This document shows positions 12,604-26,102 of a stretch of DNA of 64,000 nt, one piece after another. The DNA is from Chiloscyllium plagiosum (taxonomy: Eukaryota). Location: positions 80,573,846 through 80,637,845 of the forward strand of contig NC_057711.1 in the NCBI RefSeq assembly GCF_004010195.1. The letters run 5' to 3'. Numbering within the stretch: position 1 is the first letter of the stretch; each line of letters opens with the position of its first letter. The notes under the pieces were generated by a model that saw only the letters and a list, made by a program, of their open reading frames with translations, searched no databases and had not been told where the DNA came from. Both the position numbers and the translations under genes were made by a program.

Positions 12604-14860
12604 GTAGTACAGGCCCTTCAGCCCTCAATGTTGCGCCGACCTGTGGAACCAATCTGAAGCCATCTAACCTATTCCATTCTCGGCCATATGCTTATCCAAT
12701 GACCATTTAAATGCCCTTAAAGTTGGCGAGTATATTACTGTTGCAGGCGGTGTGTTCCATGCCCCTACTATTCTGAGTAAAGAAACTACTTCTGACATCT
12801 GTTCTATATCAATCACCCCTCAATTTAAAGCTATGTTGCCTTGTGCTAGCCATCGCTATCTGAGGAAAAAGGCTCCCACTGTCCAACCTATCTAACCGTC
12901 TGGATTTCTTATATGTCTCAACTAAGTCACCTCTCAACCTTCTTCTCTCTAATGAAAACAGCTTTAAGTCCCTCAGCCTTACCTCATGAGACATTCCCTC
13001 CATACCAGGCAACATCACAGTAAATCTCCCCTGAACCCTTTCCAAAGCTTCCACATCCTTCCTATAATGCGGTGACCAGAACTGTATGCATTACTCCAAA
13101 TGTGGCTGTACCACAGCTTTGTACAGTTACAGCATGATCTTATAGTTCCGAAACTCAATCCCTCTCCCAATAAAAGCTAACACATCGTATGCCTTCTTAA
13201 CAACCCTATCAACCTGGGTGGCAACTTTCAGGGATCTATGTACCTGGACACCAAGATCTCTCTGCTCATCTGCTCTACCAAGAATCTTACCATTTGCCCA
13301 GTACCCTGCATTCCTGTTACTCTTTCCAATGTGAATCATCTCACACTTTTTCACATTAAACTCCATTTGCCATCTCTCAGCCCAGCTCTGCAGCTTATCT
13401 ATGGCTCTCTGTAACTTACAGCATCCTTTGGTATTATCCACAACTCTACCGACCTTAGTGTCATCCGCAAATTTATTAACCCAACCTTCTATGCCCTCAT
13501 CCAGGTCATTTATAAAAATGACAAACAACGGTAGACCCAAAACAGATCCTTCAGTGCCCCACTAGTAACTGAACTCCAGGAAGAATATTTCCCATCAACC
13601 CCCACCCTATGTCATCTTTCAGCTAGCCAATTTCTGATCCATACGGCTAAATCACCCTCGATCCCATGCCTCTGTATTTTGTGCAATAGCCTACCGTGGG
13701 GAACAATATCAAATGCCTTACTGAAATCCATATATACCACATCAACCGCTTTACCCTCATCCACCTTTCATCACCTTCTCAAAGAACTCTATAAGGTTTA
13801 TGAGGCACAACCTACCCTTCACAGAACAGTGTTGACTATCCCTACTCAACTTATTCCTTTCGCGATGATTATAAATCCTATTTCTTATAACCCTTTCCAA
13901 CACTTTACCCACAATGGAGGTAAGGCTCACAGATCTATAATTTCCAGGATTGTCCCTACTCCCCTTCTTGAACAAGGGAACAACATTTGCTATTCTCCAG
14001 TTTTCTAGCACTATTCCTGTAGACAATGACAATATAAAGATCAAAGCCAAAGGCTCGGCAATCTCCTCCCTGGCTTCCCAGAGAATCCTAGGATAAATCC
14101 CATCCAGCCTAGGGGATTAATCTATTTTTACAGTTTCCAGAATTGCTAACACCTCCTCCTTGTGAACCTCAATCCCATATAGTCCAGTAGCCTGTATCTC
14201 AGTATTTTCCTCAACCATATTGTCTTTTTCTAGTGTGAATACTGACAAAAAATATTCATTTAGTGCTTCGCCTATCTCCTCTGACTCCTCGCACAACTTC
14301 CCACTACTATGCTTGATTGGCCCTAATCTTACTTTTGTCGTTCTTTTATTCCTGATATATCCGTAGAAAGCTTTAGATTTTTCCTTGATCCTATCTGCCA
14401 ATGACTTCTCATGTCCCCTCCTGGCTCTTCTTAGCTCTCTCTTTGAGTCTTTCCTGGCTAACTTGTAAGCCTCAAGCCTCTTCACAAGAGATTCAACTTC
14501 CTTCATAAATCACAGCTCCCTCGCTCGACAACTTCCTTCTTGCCTGACAGGTACATATTTATCAAGGACCCGCAGTAGCTGGTCCTTGAATAAGCTCCAC
14601 ATTTCAGTTGTGCCATCCCCTGGAGTTTCCTTCCCCATCCTATGCATCCTAAATCTTGCCGAATTGCATCGTAATTGCCTTTCTCCCAGCTATAACTTGT
14701 CCTGCAGTATATACCTATCCCTTTCCATTACTAAAGGAGACATAACCAAATTGTGGTCACTATCACCAAAGTGCTCACTTACCTCCAAATTTAACAGCTA
14801 ACCAGGTTCATTACCCAGTATTAAATCTGATGTGGTCTCGCCCCTTGTTGGCCTGTCTAC
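12570..14860 (-). mobile_element. CR1-clade (HER1-like) LINE ORF2 fragment: linker, RT and 3' tail
   Basis: ORFs 14117-14506, 13757-14050 (WRIANVVPLFKKGSRDNPGNYRSVSLTS), 13127-13540 (FINDLD..KFADDTK) and 12809-13054; (CTATGTT)n tail. Confidence 0.95.
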
Positions 14861-14862
14861 AT

Positions 14863-15500
14863 AGGAGCTTGCCAGTTAGATACAATTTAGGTTGCACGGT
14901 GGCTCAGTGGTTAGCACTGTTGCCTCACAGCTCCAGGAACCCAGGTTCAATTCCAGCTTCAGGCAACTGCCTGTGTGGAGTTTGCACATTCTTCCCGTGT
15001 CTGCATGGGTTTCCCCTAGGTGCTCCAGTTTGCTTCCACCAGCCCAAAGATGTGCAGGTTAGGTGGATTGACAATGCCAAATTGCCCTTAGTATCCAGAG
15101 ATGTATAGGCTATGTGGATTAACCATGAAAAATGCAGGGTTACAGGGATAGATCATTGTGCACTTGATGGGCCAAATGGCCTGCTTCCACTCTGTAGGGA
15201 TTCTATTAAATTGGCTTGACAGTAGGAACCAGAGGGAGTGATGGAGCATTATTTTTTGAATTGGAGATCTGTGACCAACAGTGTTTCGTAGAGTTTGGTG
15301 CTCGGTCCACAGCTATTTGTCATTTATATAAGCAATTTGGATGAGAATTTAGAAGGCATGATTGGTAGGTTTGTGGATGACACCAAAGTTGGTGGTATAG
15401 TGAACTGTGAAGAAGATTATCTCAGATTACGGAAGGTTCTGATCTATTGAGCCAATGGGCTGAGGAATGGCAGCTGGAGTTTAATGCAGCTACATGTGAG
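14863..15500 (+). mobile_element. CR1 RT fragment interrupted by HE1 SINE
   Basis: 'gagcttgccagttagatacaa|aaattggcttgac' rejoins across the SINE; FVDDTKVGG near 15370. Confidence 0.8.
14890..15207 (+). mobile_element. HE1-like tRNA-derived SINE
   Basis: A box TGGCTCAGTGG, B box GGTTCAATTCC, central 'gtgtggagtttgcacattc' domain, LINE-derived tail. Confidence 0.9.
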
Positions 15501-17484
15501 TTAAATGTATGATGAACAAGGGAAAAATGTGTCAAGTTAATGAAGGATTAAAAAGAAGGATTTTGATAGATTGGACAAGGAAAATTATTTTTAATGATTG
15601 AATGGTCAGTCACAGTGACATCACTAATTTGAAATAGTAATTAACAGAGTGACGAGAGTGGTTAGAGTACATTTTTTTACATCGAAAATGTTTGGAACAT
15701 GGAATCCTCTGTCTCGGGATATAGGTCTGAGGCTAAGAACATGTGTTTAAGGAAAAGTTGAATAAATATGTGAAGCAAGGGAAGATACAAAACCAAGGGA
15801 AACAAATGGAGTAAAAGTAGTAGATTTAGATTTCTCTCAACTACGTTGTAAGTGAAGACTCATTATGATCTTTTACTCTATTGCAGATATGTATAGTTTG
15901 ATGGCCACTCAGCCATTTTCTTGGCAAAGCTCAGAGGTGGCAGACTGTATTCTTGAGGATGAATGCATCATTACTAGAAAAATAGCATTACAATTTGAAT
16001 CTGGTTGACACAATCTGAATATCCAGTAAGTGTAATCTTTTTTAAAAAAAATACAAAATGTTAATGGCAGGATCTCATCATTCGATGTAAGTTCTGACTA
16101 TTGCATCATGCACTTGAGAAATGAGAAAACAATAATTGCAACACACCGCTGTCATGGAATGGGTTAGTCTATAAGTGCAATTGCACAAACACTCATCAGC
16201 TCTCTGAGGCAAAAGCAAGTGCACCCAATATCTTGTCAACCAAATATTTTGTTTTCAAACCTTACTTGGGACATAACTATGACATAAAGCATTAGAAATA
16301 GTACAAAAGTATGGCACTTGTTTGAAGTCTTTTGTTTGAACTGATGTGAAATTGATGAAGAAAAGTTTACTTGTTGATGAATAGATATTGGACTGATAAC
16401 ACAATTTTACTGTTGCATGAGAGATTAGCATTATTGGTGTTTGATGCTATTGGTTTCAGCTGTCTTTATTGTAATATAGTACTTGCTATCAGTCGGCTAA
16501 CTTGGCATTTAATTTCCTTTAAAGGTGCAGATAACAACTAGTGTAATCACTATACCAAACTGGAAGTGTATTAATTTATGTTTTCTCTTCAATATGTACA
16601 GTGCAATAGAAAAATTAAAACAAAAATACCTGATAAGCATTTTTTATCTTACTTGTTCTCAAATATGTCACTCATTTCAATTACAAGTTTACAAAGTTCA
16701 AGCTTTGGGGCCACATCATATAAACATTTGGGCCGAATGTCTTGAGCAATGGAGCACATCTCTATTGTGGTGAACAAAAAGGATTTGAGAATTCCAAGTC
16801 CCACCTCCCAAACTCTTTGAGACACTTAGCTGTGGAGAAGTGTTATGTGTCAAATGTGCAGGAAGCCCTTGGAATAGTGAAACTTGTCAAGAGCTGACGA
16901 GAAGTCTCCAGAGGTATCAAAATATGCTTTTGATGAATTAGGGTCCTTTTCTCGACAGAGTATAATCTGCTATATAGAATTGTAAGTAATTGAACTAAAT
17001 TTATTCTCCTGTGGGCAGCATTACTCATGGATACTCAATGAGTTGGTATGGTAGCAACTGGGAAAGGATGGTGTGTAGAAATAGACGCTGAGTTTTTTTA
17101 GGGGGCCTGAGGAACATCAGGTGACATCAGGGGCATAAGGAATCCGGAGGATAGGTAGAGAGCATAAGTTACAGAGGTTGGGTTGAGTGATTAGGTGTGG
17201 CATGGAGAGTGACTGATGTGAGAGGAAATGAGAGCATTGAGGGCTGGAGAAAGGTTCGATAAATCTCCCTTTTTGAAGAGGTAAGGTATGCACTCAGATC
17301 TGATCTGAGCGTAACAGTGACAGCTTTAAGGCACACTTTGGGATTGAAAAAGGCATGTAGCAGGATAAAAAGTGTACACACTAGTTGATACTGCTGAGGT
17401 ATCCCTGGATATTTAGAGTTTTTTTTTAAAATCAATGCTAGATATTTCAGAGAACCAGGTCATGTAATGCCGTTACAGGAGTAG

Positions 17485-17695
17485 GTCAAAATTCACATGA
17501 CACCAGGTTATAGTCCAAGGGGTTTATTTGAAAACACTAGCTTCTGGAGCACTTCTCCTTCATTATGTGCTAGCTTGATGAAGGAGCAGCGCTCCAAAAG
17601 CTTGTGTTTTCAAATAAACCCTTTGGACTATAACCTGGTGTCATGTGAATTTTGACCTCGTCCAACACAGTCTAACACCAGCACCTCCACATCAT
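17485..17695. mobile_element. Palindromic PLE-derived mini-insertion with two decayed hammerhead motifs
   Basis: 'tcaaaattcacatgacaccaggttatagtccaa' ... 'ttggactataacctggtgtcatgtgaattttga' is an inverted repeat; the cores are mutated (UUGAUGA, AAAA). Confidence 0.85.
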
Positions 17696-17967
17696 GAGAG
17701 GAGTATGCTGCCTCACGATGTATGTCAAAACTAAGCTACAAACTTAAAGATGAAATGAATCTAGTATTAGAGTAGACTGCCAGATAAAATTGTGAATTAT
17801 TGAATTATATTTGTTCTCTTGTGTGTGCAATTATTTGTGGATACTCAATGAATTGGTGGGGGACTCATTACAGAAATCAATCACAGTGTTGTAAAAAGAA
17901 TATAATACTGTGGACATTTAGTTTATTTAACACCAGAAAACAGTAGTGCATGTTATTTGAACTAATA

Positions 17968-18347
17968 TGGCAAACTTTTTGTTTTAACCGGCACCTTATG
18001 AACTGGCACTCTCAATAAACCCATTAAAATTATGTATGACAAATATCACGAAAGTTACTTCAACGGTTGATTCAATTTCGAGTCAATTTCTCCTCAAATA
18101 CTGTGATCGACCACAATGTCCGAGTACTCAGTTGAGCATGCGAATGAGAAGGTTCTGCCAGTGAGTTTTATTTCAGGTAAACTTTCATTATTACTGAAGT
18201 GATTTCATGCTGTAATTCAAGTATAATAGTGATGTGTATAACTTAGCATTACATTTTTATTTCTTAGAGTTGTTTTTACACTGGTTACGTAAACCACTTC
18301 CCACACAGTCCAGGTCCTATAGATGCTAGTTCATAAAATGTTTGCTG
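17968..18347. mobile_element. Probable Tigger-like MITE
   Basis: Degenerate TIRs: 'tatggcaaactttttgttttaaccggcacc' vs reverse complement 'aacagcaaacattttatgaactagcatc'. Confidence 0.45.
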
Positions 18348-18989
18348 TTTAAACAGTGATATTCCACAAGAACGTGTATTGAAACCATTGTTCCTTTCAC
18401 TACACAGATATCGTTTGGATTTGGGAATGGCAATGCATAACAATTTGCAGACTAACAGAGGAATTATAAACAATTTCAAAAGAACATATCAAGGTTATTG
18501 GATTGGGCAAAAAACTACATGAAAATTAATATAGAGAAATATGAACTGATATATTTAGAAGAGAAATAAGAAATATTATATGTGAAAACTTTGAAAATGA
18601 GAAGGAGTGGAGTGACTTAGAAGTTGTTACAACTTGATGAGAAGGGGTGAATGGGCCACAATAAAGACGTTTTTTAGCTTGCAGATGTATTAGTTTTCAA
18701 TTAAAACATTGTATTAATCGAAACTAAGAAGCCAACTGCAATGTTATTTGAGTGAAAGAAAGAGGAATTGTATTAATTACTAACCCTGATAAAAATAATA
18801 AAGTACCATATCAAACACACACACACAAACACAAGTATAACATTTTTTAATGGGGGTCTATTTAGTACAATAGCAGGATAAAGAACATGCAGTTTAAGAA
18901 TTTCTTAGAATCCTCAATTCAGAAATAATTCACTTCAAATGATAGCAAGGACAAAATGCTTTACTTAGGCAAAGACACTTCAGTAGAGG

Positions 18990-19940
18990 AATATTTATAA
19001 ATGATTTGGATGTGAGCACAAGAGGTACAGTTAGTAAGTCTGTGAATGACACCAAAATTGGAGGTGCAGTGGACAGCGAAGAATGTTACCTCAGATTACA
19101 ATCGGATCTTAGATGGGCCAATGGACTGAGAAGTGGCAGATGGAGTTTAATTTAGATAAATGTGAGGTGCTGCATTTTGGGATAGCAAATCTTAGCAGGA
19201 CTTATGCTCTTAATGCAAAGGTCCTGGGGAGTGTTGCTGAACAAAGAGACCTTGGAGTGCAGGTTCATAGTTCTTTGAAAGTGAAGTCACAGGTAAATAG
19301 GATAGCGAGGAAGGCGTTTGGTATGCTTTCCTTTATTGGTCAGAGTATTGAGTACAGGAGTTGGGATGTGATGTTGCAGCTGTACAAGATATTGGTTAGG
19401 CCACTTTTGGAATGTTGTGTGCAATTCTGGTCTCATTTCTATCGGAAGGATGTTGTAAAACTTGCAAGGGTTCAGAAAAGATTGACAAAGATGTTGCCAA
19501 GGTTGAAGGATTTGAGCTCTCGGGAGAGATTGTATACGCTGGAGCTCTTTTCCCTAGACCGTCAGAGGCTGAAGGGTGACCTGACAGAGGTTTCTAAAAT
19601 CATGAGAGGCATGGAAAGAATAAATAGACAAAGTCTCTTCCCTAGAGTGGGGGAGTCCAGAACTAGAGGGCATAGGTTTAGGATGAGAGGGGAAAGATAT
19701 AAAAGAGACCTAAGGGTGGCAGAGGGTGGTACATGTATGGAATGTGCTGCCAGAGGAAGTGGTGGAGGCAAGTACGATTTAAAAAGCATCTGGATGGGTA
19801 TATGAATAGGAAGAGTTTGGAGGGATATGGGCTGGATGCTGGCAGATGGGACTAGATTGAGCTGGGATATCTGGCCGGCATGGACAAGTTGGACTGAAGG
19901 GTCTGTTTCCATGCTATACATCTCTATGACTCTGTGACTC
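18990..19940 (+). mobile_element. CR1-clade LINE 3' end
   Basis: ORF 19113-19805 WQMEFNLDKCEVLHFG..LVRPLLECCVQFW; (CTATGACT)n-type tail. Confidence 0.95.
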
Positions 19941-21399
19941 TAAACAGAGATAGAAAAGCAGTATTAAGAAAGACAAGGCTTTGATCAGGTAGATAAGCAA
20001 AAGCTATTTCCACTGTTTGGTAATGATTGGCAACATAAATTTAAAAGCATCACCAAAAAAAGAAGGAAAATTTAGGATATTTTTGAGGGTATTAACACAT
20101 GGTATGCCCCATCAGAAGCTTCAATAGAAAAGAGTTTATCTAGTAAATTTTATAAACATCTGTAAAATACTGACTAAAATAAGGGAAATGGGGCTAAGTG
20201 AATATCTTTCAAAGAGCCAACACAATGAACTCAAATGCCATCTGCTGTGCTGTAACATTCTTTGACTCTATTTATTGCTTGGCAGAACTATATATGTTCT
20301 CTGCTGGGTGCTTCACCAGAAATGGCTGAAAGATAAACCACAGCCTGGAGCGTCCAATATGTCTGCATCAATTTTGCAGATTCTTTTAATCCTGAAATTC
20401 TGTGAGGTCCCTCTGGTGAGTTTGTGAGAGTTATGGCAGAAAACTGGGAGAGCTCATGTGGAATTCTGGGATTTGTTTGGAAATAAGATTAATTGATTGG
20501 AACTGCCTTGTTTGGCATGAAAGGACAATTGTCCAGTATGATAACTGCATGACTTGCATCATTGGCAAGTTACAGGAATAATGTTGTGAAAGGAACTTAA
20601 CTCCCATTGGCAGTAAAAATCCCTTCAGTTAAATGTAGCTGCATTATTCTAGATGATGGCATAGATTTGAACCAACTCCAAACTGACCAAGAGCCCATGA
20701 AGCCAATTCCTGAAGGTTATTTCCAAGGGCCTGTGGCTGTGTTTGGAATGCAGAATGTGGACTACAAACAGGACAAAAGATAACTTCTATTTTTCATGGT
20801 GAGTTTTCATTTGGCCTGTGCCGTTCTAATGAAACATTGTGGGCTGAATCTTACTTTTTTTTGACTAAGTGCCAGTTATGTCGATTTTTTGGAAGGTTTT
20901 TGACTATGAGGCTTAGCTACATTTCTCATTGTATCTTAACAAACAACCCTATCCCAATGGTGTTATTAACATCCATTTCCATCCCTATCTTATCTCATAC
21001 CATCCCTGGATGCTGCCGGCTGCTACACGTTCCCGCTCTCACTGTTGTTCGTGATGACTGCCAATGATGCCACGTACCTTTCTTGCCACCATGTTGAGTT
21101 CGCCCTGCCCACTTGATCTTCTCTGCATTGCACAAACCCACACCTCACGTAAGGTAAATAGATTAAAGTAGGAAAATAAAATAGTGAAAGAAGAAAAGAA
21201 AATCAAAAGAAAGGAAAGTAAAAACGGATGGAGCAGACAAGCCTCAAGCAGAGGCATGCACGCTGTGCTGTAAGGTGCATGTTAAAGGGTGCAGGGGAGC
21301 TTTAACTCCCCCTTCACTAGCACTCTGGAAATTCATAGGTGAGGTTCAGCATTGTACTGAGGTTTCAGAGCAATCATTAGCAAGGCTGCTTTCTATACC

Positions 21400-21670
21400 C
21401 CCACACCCCAGATACTGACACCTCAGTGGAAACATATGCCATTGCAAGTCTGGGAGCACAAGCTGATGAGGCCCTCACTGCAACAGCACTGCAGCTGGGC
21501 CAAGGAGAAAATATGGCAGGCCAGTGGCACTTGGTGGATTGCCAGAGATTACACACCTGCTCTGGCCCAGGCAGCAGAGGAGCCTGTGCTGTTGGAAATC
21601 TGGAGTTTTGCTTGAATGCACAGGGAGGAAGAAGAGCAGCAGAGAGGTATGTGAGATGCATGGCCCTCAA
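21400..21670 (+). pseudogene. Relic resembling the low-complexity downstream exon of Harbinger-type Myb/SANT ORF2
   Basis: Co-linear similarity by eye to the minus strand of 35830-36050 (..DTSV..GAQA.E..T...LQL..EEP). Family assignment is inference. Confidence 0.35.
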
Positions 21671-21894
21671 ATGCTACAGGTGTGCACCTCTCAATTCATA
21701 TTGTTCACACCTTGACTAGAAGGAGTTCTTCCTCTCTCACCCTCACTCAATTTCATCCTGTTCTTTTCTAGTTCTGTTCTGGCCCTGCCTGGGGTCACAA
21801 CTTCTCCTGAAGGAATTCTAAGTTACTCATTCATAGGTACATAAGTTTCAAGCAATGGTGGAACATGGATGTTAATAGGTTCTCCAGCTCTCTC

Positions 21895-22405
21895 ACCACC
21901 AAACAACTTTATTGCCCCGTGGTCGACCATTTGAACTCCCCTTCCCTTTCCACCAAGGACATGCAAGTCCTGGGCCTTCTCCACTGCCAAATTCAAGCCA
22001 CCTGTGCCCAGAAGAAGAACACCTCATCTTCCGCCTTAGGACCCTCCAACTACATGGCATCAACATCAACTTCACTAGTTTCCTCATATCCCCTTGCACA
22101 CCTCATCCCAGATCCAACCCTCCAACTCAGCACTGCCCTGTTGACCTGTCCTACCTGTTCATCTTCCTTCCCACCTATCCGTTCTACCCTCGCCTCTGAT
22201 CCACCATCACCCCCACACCTCCACCTACCTATCACCTTTCCAGCTACTTACTCCCCACATTGACACCACCCTCTTATTTATCTCTGAGCCCCCTTTCCCA
22301 CCCCCCCACACATTCCTGATGAAGGTCTTATGCCCGAAACATCGATTCTCCTGCTCCTCGGATGTTGCCTGACCTGCTGTGCTTTTCCAACACTACACTT
22401 TTCTC
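21895..22405 (+). mobile_element. Penelope-like element 3' end (GIY-YIG C-terminus plus pseudo-LTR, hammerhead motif at 22312-22347)
   Basis: PVVDHLNSPS..DMQVLGLLHC / EEEHLIFRLRTLQLHGININF, then AUUC-CUGAUGA-AGGUCUUAUGCCC-GAAAC-AUC-GAUU. Confidence 0.88.
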
Positions 22406-23199
22406 TCTCTTTACCCCTGTCCAACATTTGGATTGTTCTTATTCAGTCTTATCTCTCCCACTATCTCACTTTACCTGTCCCAATGCAAATTTGTCATCCC
22501 TTTTATATTAATCTTCCTCAATTGTTTAAAGTCAGTTTCTCTTTGGAGTATATGCCACTGTGTTGATGATGTCACTCACTGTCTCATTCAACTGGCCACA
22601 TTAATCATCTCATGTCCAGCTGTTTCTCAAAGAGCTGCATATGTTTGGAACCCACTCTTCAGTTCAGGATCATCATGGACTTCCCCATATGCCTTCATAT
22701 GTAACACATCTGCCCACTCAAACCGGTGTCACAATTTCAGGTCATCTTTATCAAAATATCACAGTGGATCTGTCTGGAAAATTTGCCAATCTCCCTCTGT
22801 GTGACCATGGTATCTCAGGTAGAGGCCAAGCTATCAAATTGGTTTTCTTTATGGAACTAGTCTGTGTTCTTTATTTCAGATGTCAGGCTGGAGTTCTTCG
22901 CTTTGAAGTGAAGGAGATGGAGTAGAGAGTGAGTGAAGATACAACATTAGGATAATATTCCATGAACTAAAGAGGAACAATTTGCAGACTGGGAGACAGC
23001 TTTGCAGATCGGAGCAATGCAGCTAGGTGATGGGATGGGCGAGTCAGTGGCTGCTGTGGTGAGGTTGATGGCCTCTGGCAAAAAAGACCTTCGATATGTC
23101 TAGCCTAACCAGGCACAAACATCACTCCACAGCAGCTATCGGTTACACCGTGTCTTATACTAGTGCCCCTTTATTATGGCCTCTGGTCGTATCAACATT

Positions 23200-25760
23200 T
23201 TCCCTGTCAAGCCCCTTAAGATTCCTATATGTTTCAATAAGATCACCTCTCAAGCTTCTAAACTCCAGTGAGTTGAGTCCCAACCTGTTTAGCCTTAGTT
23301 CATAAGACAGTCCCTCCATACCAGGGATCAACATTGTGAACCGTCTCTGAACGGCCTAAAATGAAAAGAATACCATTTCTTAAATAAGGGGACTAAAAAT
23401 GCTCACAGTACTCCAGATATAGTCTCACCAGCATCTTATACAGTTGCAGGAAGACTTTCCTACTCTTATCCACCAATTCCCTTGAAATAAGAACCAACAT
23501 TCCATGAGCCTTCCTGATTACCTGCTGTGTGTAAGCTTTCCTTGTTTCATGCACAGATACCTCAAGTCACTCTGTGTTGTAGCTTTCTAAAGTGTTTTCC
23601 AATTCTATCATATTCCATTTGTTTGTTCTTCTTCCTAAAATGTACAATTTCACATTTTCCCACATTATACTCCATTTGCCAACTTTATGCCCACTTACTT
23701 AACCTTATCAATGTCTATCTGTAAACTGCCTTTCCTCCTATTTTTGTCTCATTGACAAATCTGTACATATTCTTCCTTCCTCCAATTCATTAATATGTAT
23801 TGTAGACAATTATGTTCCCAACACTGATCCCTGTGGAACACCACTAGTCATGGGTAACCAACCTGGGAAAGAACGCCTTATCCTCACTCACTGTTTCCTG
23901 CCCATGAGCCAATTCTCTATCCATGTTATTATATCACCTCCAACATCACGGGCTCTATGGTTTAGCCTTCTGTAAGTCCAAATACAAACATCTACTAGTT
24001 TCTTTCTATTCATTCTGGTTGGTACATCCTTGAAAAACTCTAATAAATTTGACAGACACAATTTCCCCTTAATGAAGTCATGTTAGCTCTGTTTGGTGAC
24101 ATAATGGTTTTCCAAATATTCTGCTATTATTTACTTAATAATTGATTCCAAGACTTTTCCAACAAAAATGTTAGGCCAATAAGCCTACGTTGATGTTTGT
24201 CTATACCCCCACCATATTTTGAATAGAGTGGTCACATTTGCAGTTTTTCAAACCTCAAGTACTTCTCCAGAATGCGGGAGTTTTCTTTTAAAATTACAAC
24301 CAATGCACCCAGTAACTCTGTAAGTACCTTATTTAGGATCCTAGGATGCAAGCCATCGGGGCAAGGGGTCTTATCTGCCTTTAGCCCCATTAGCTTGACT
24401 AACACTACTTTTTTTAGTGATGGTAATTCCTCCCCTATATTCTTAAGTATTATTAGAATGTTGAAAGTACCTTCCATTGTAAAGGCTGATATTAGATCTG
24501 TTTAACTCCTCTCCCATTTCTTGTTCCCCAACACTATCTTCCCAGGTTCTTCTGATAAGGGGCTATATTCACTTTGACATCTCTATTCCCTTTTATATAT
24601 TTGAAGAATCTCTTTATATACCTTGTTAGTTTGTCCTCACAGTATATTTTTTCTCTCTTTATTATCTTTTAAGTCCTTCCTTGCTGGATTCTGAATTCAT
24701 CCCAATTTGCAGGGCTATCATTGCCTCCTTATATGCTTTTTCTTTAAACTTCATATTTTCCTTAACTTCCTTGTATACCCATGGTTGGGTTATCCATCTC
24801 TTAGAATCTTTCTTCCTTACTGGGATGTATTTTTGATAAGAGTCATGAATTACCTCCATGAAAGTCTGCCTCTACTGCTTACTAGACAAGCAGGAGGCTG
24901 GAAGAGCACAGGAAAGCAGCAAAAGGAGGTGGAGAAGTCAACATTTCGGGTATAAACTTCTCCACCTCCTGATGCTGCCTGGCTTGCTGTGTTCTTCCAG
25001 CCTCCTGCTTGTCTACTTTGGATTCCAGTATCTGCATTCCTGTTACCGTATCTGCCTATTTCACTTTAGCAAACTATTCTCGTTTCATTATAATGCCTTT
25101 ATTTAAGTTAAATAGAGTTGTTGCCAAGCCCGGTTTCTCACTCTCGAATTGAATATTAAATTCTAGCATGTTTTGATCACTACTCCTAGAAATCTTCTAT
25201 CTGGACATCATTTATTAAACCGGTCTCATAACGTTTTCCTTGATCCAAGATAGCCTGCTCCCTGGTTGGATCCATGGCATATTACTGGAGGAAATTATCT
25301 CTAATACGTGCTATAACTTCATTCTCATAACTACACTCCCCAATTTGACTAACGCATTCAACATGAAGATTAAAGTTACCCATAATTATTGCTGTATTTT
25401 TTTTTACATGCAGCTATTATTGTTTTGATTTATAGCCTTTCCTGTGGAGCAGCTGCTGTCTGGGAGTCTGTACACTACTCCAACCAATCTCTTCTTTCTT
25501 TTGCTGCTTTTTACCTCCACCCAAATGGATTCAAGATCATGAGAGCCTGGGTCACCTTTCAGAACTGTCCTCATTTCATTGCTTATTAATAGTGCTACTC
25601 CACCAACTCTTCCATCCCTCTTGTGTCTCTGACAAGTCAAATAACCCTGCATGTTAAGTTCTCAGTTTTAATCTTCTTGTGACAATGCTCCCATAATGGC
25701 TATGAGATCATATTCTTGACCTTGATTTGTTCCATCAGTTCATCTACCATATTCCAAATG
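23200..25760 (-). mobile_element. Decayed CR1-clade LINE ORF2 (endonuclease to RT)
   Basis: ORFs 25404-25652 (RVGGVALLI..ESIWVEV..VGVVYRLP), 24662-24859 and 24232-24477 (LKADKTPCPDGLHPRIL). Confidence 0.9.
24884..25037. mobile_element. Palindromic PLE pseudo-LTR mini-insertion inside CR1
   Basis: 'agacaagcaggaggctggaagagcacag' ... 'ctgtgttcttccagcctcctgcttgtct' inverted repeat. Confidence 0.8.
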
Positions 25761-26102
25761 CTTTAAGCAGATAGAATGATTGTCGCACACTCCCTTGGCT
25801 GGCCTAACTGGACAGCACCACAGAAAAAAATACCCAAATCCGGACTGACAAATTTACATCTCCCTGACTGGATTAACCCCATTCCCAGATTGGTCGCCTG
25901 AAGCCACAGGACACGTGACACACTTCCTAGACTGCAGAGACACCAGTCACCAGATTGAAAAGACTCCAACAGGATACGTGACCACGGTCAATCCCCTGGA
26001 CTGCTGTCAGAGGCTGCCCTTGAGCTACTGGGCTGGGTGGCACCAAATGACTTTAGCACGAACACAAACCTAACCCTATCGCAAGTGCCTCCATGAACTT
26101 GA

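Noticed and set aside
14890..14960. tRNA genes at SINE heads (also 27511, 63520 and others)
   Set aside because: The A/B boxes run into the SINE body and LINE-derived tail; these are not standalone tRNAs.
12570..15500. Twin-priming 5' inversion of a single CR1
   Set aside because: The plus-strand piece repeats RT sequence already present in the minus element and is more diverged, so these are separate insertions.
19113..19805. Longest ORF (230 aa) as a host gene
   Set aside because: It is the C-terminal part of CR1 ORF2, with frame disruption near the end.
22540..22900. Possible Harbinger transposase remnant (VDDVTHCLIQLA)
   Set aside because: Only a vague resemblance; no DDE motifs found in neighbouring frames.
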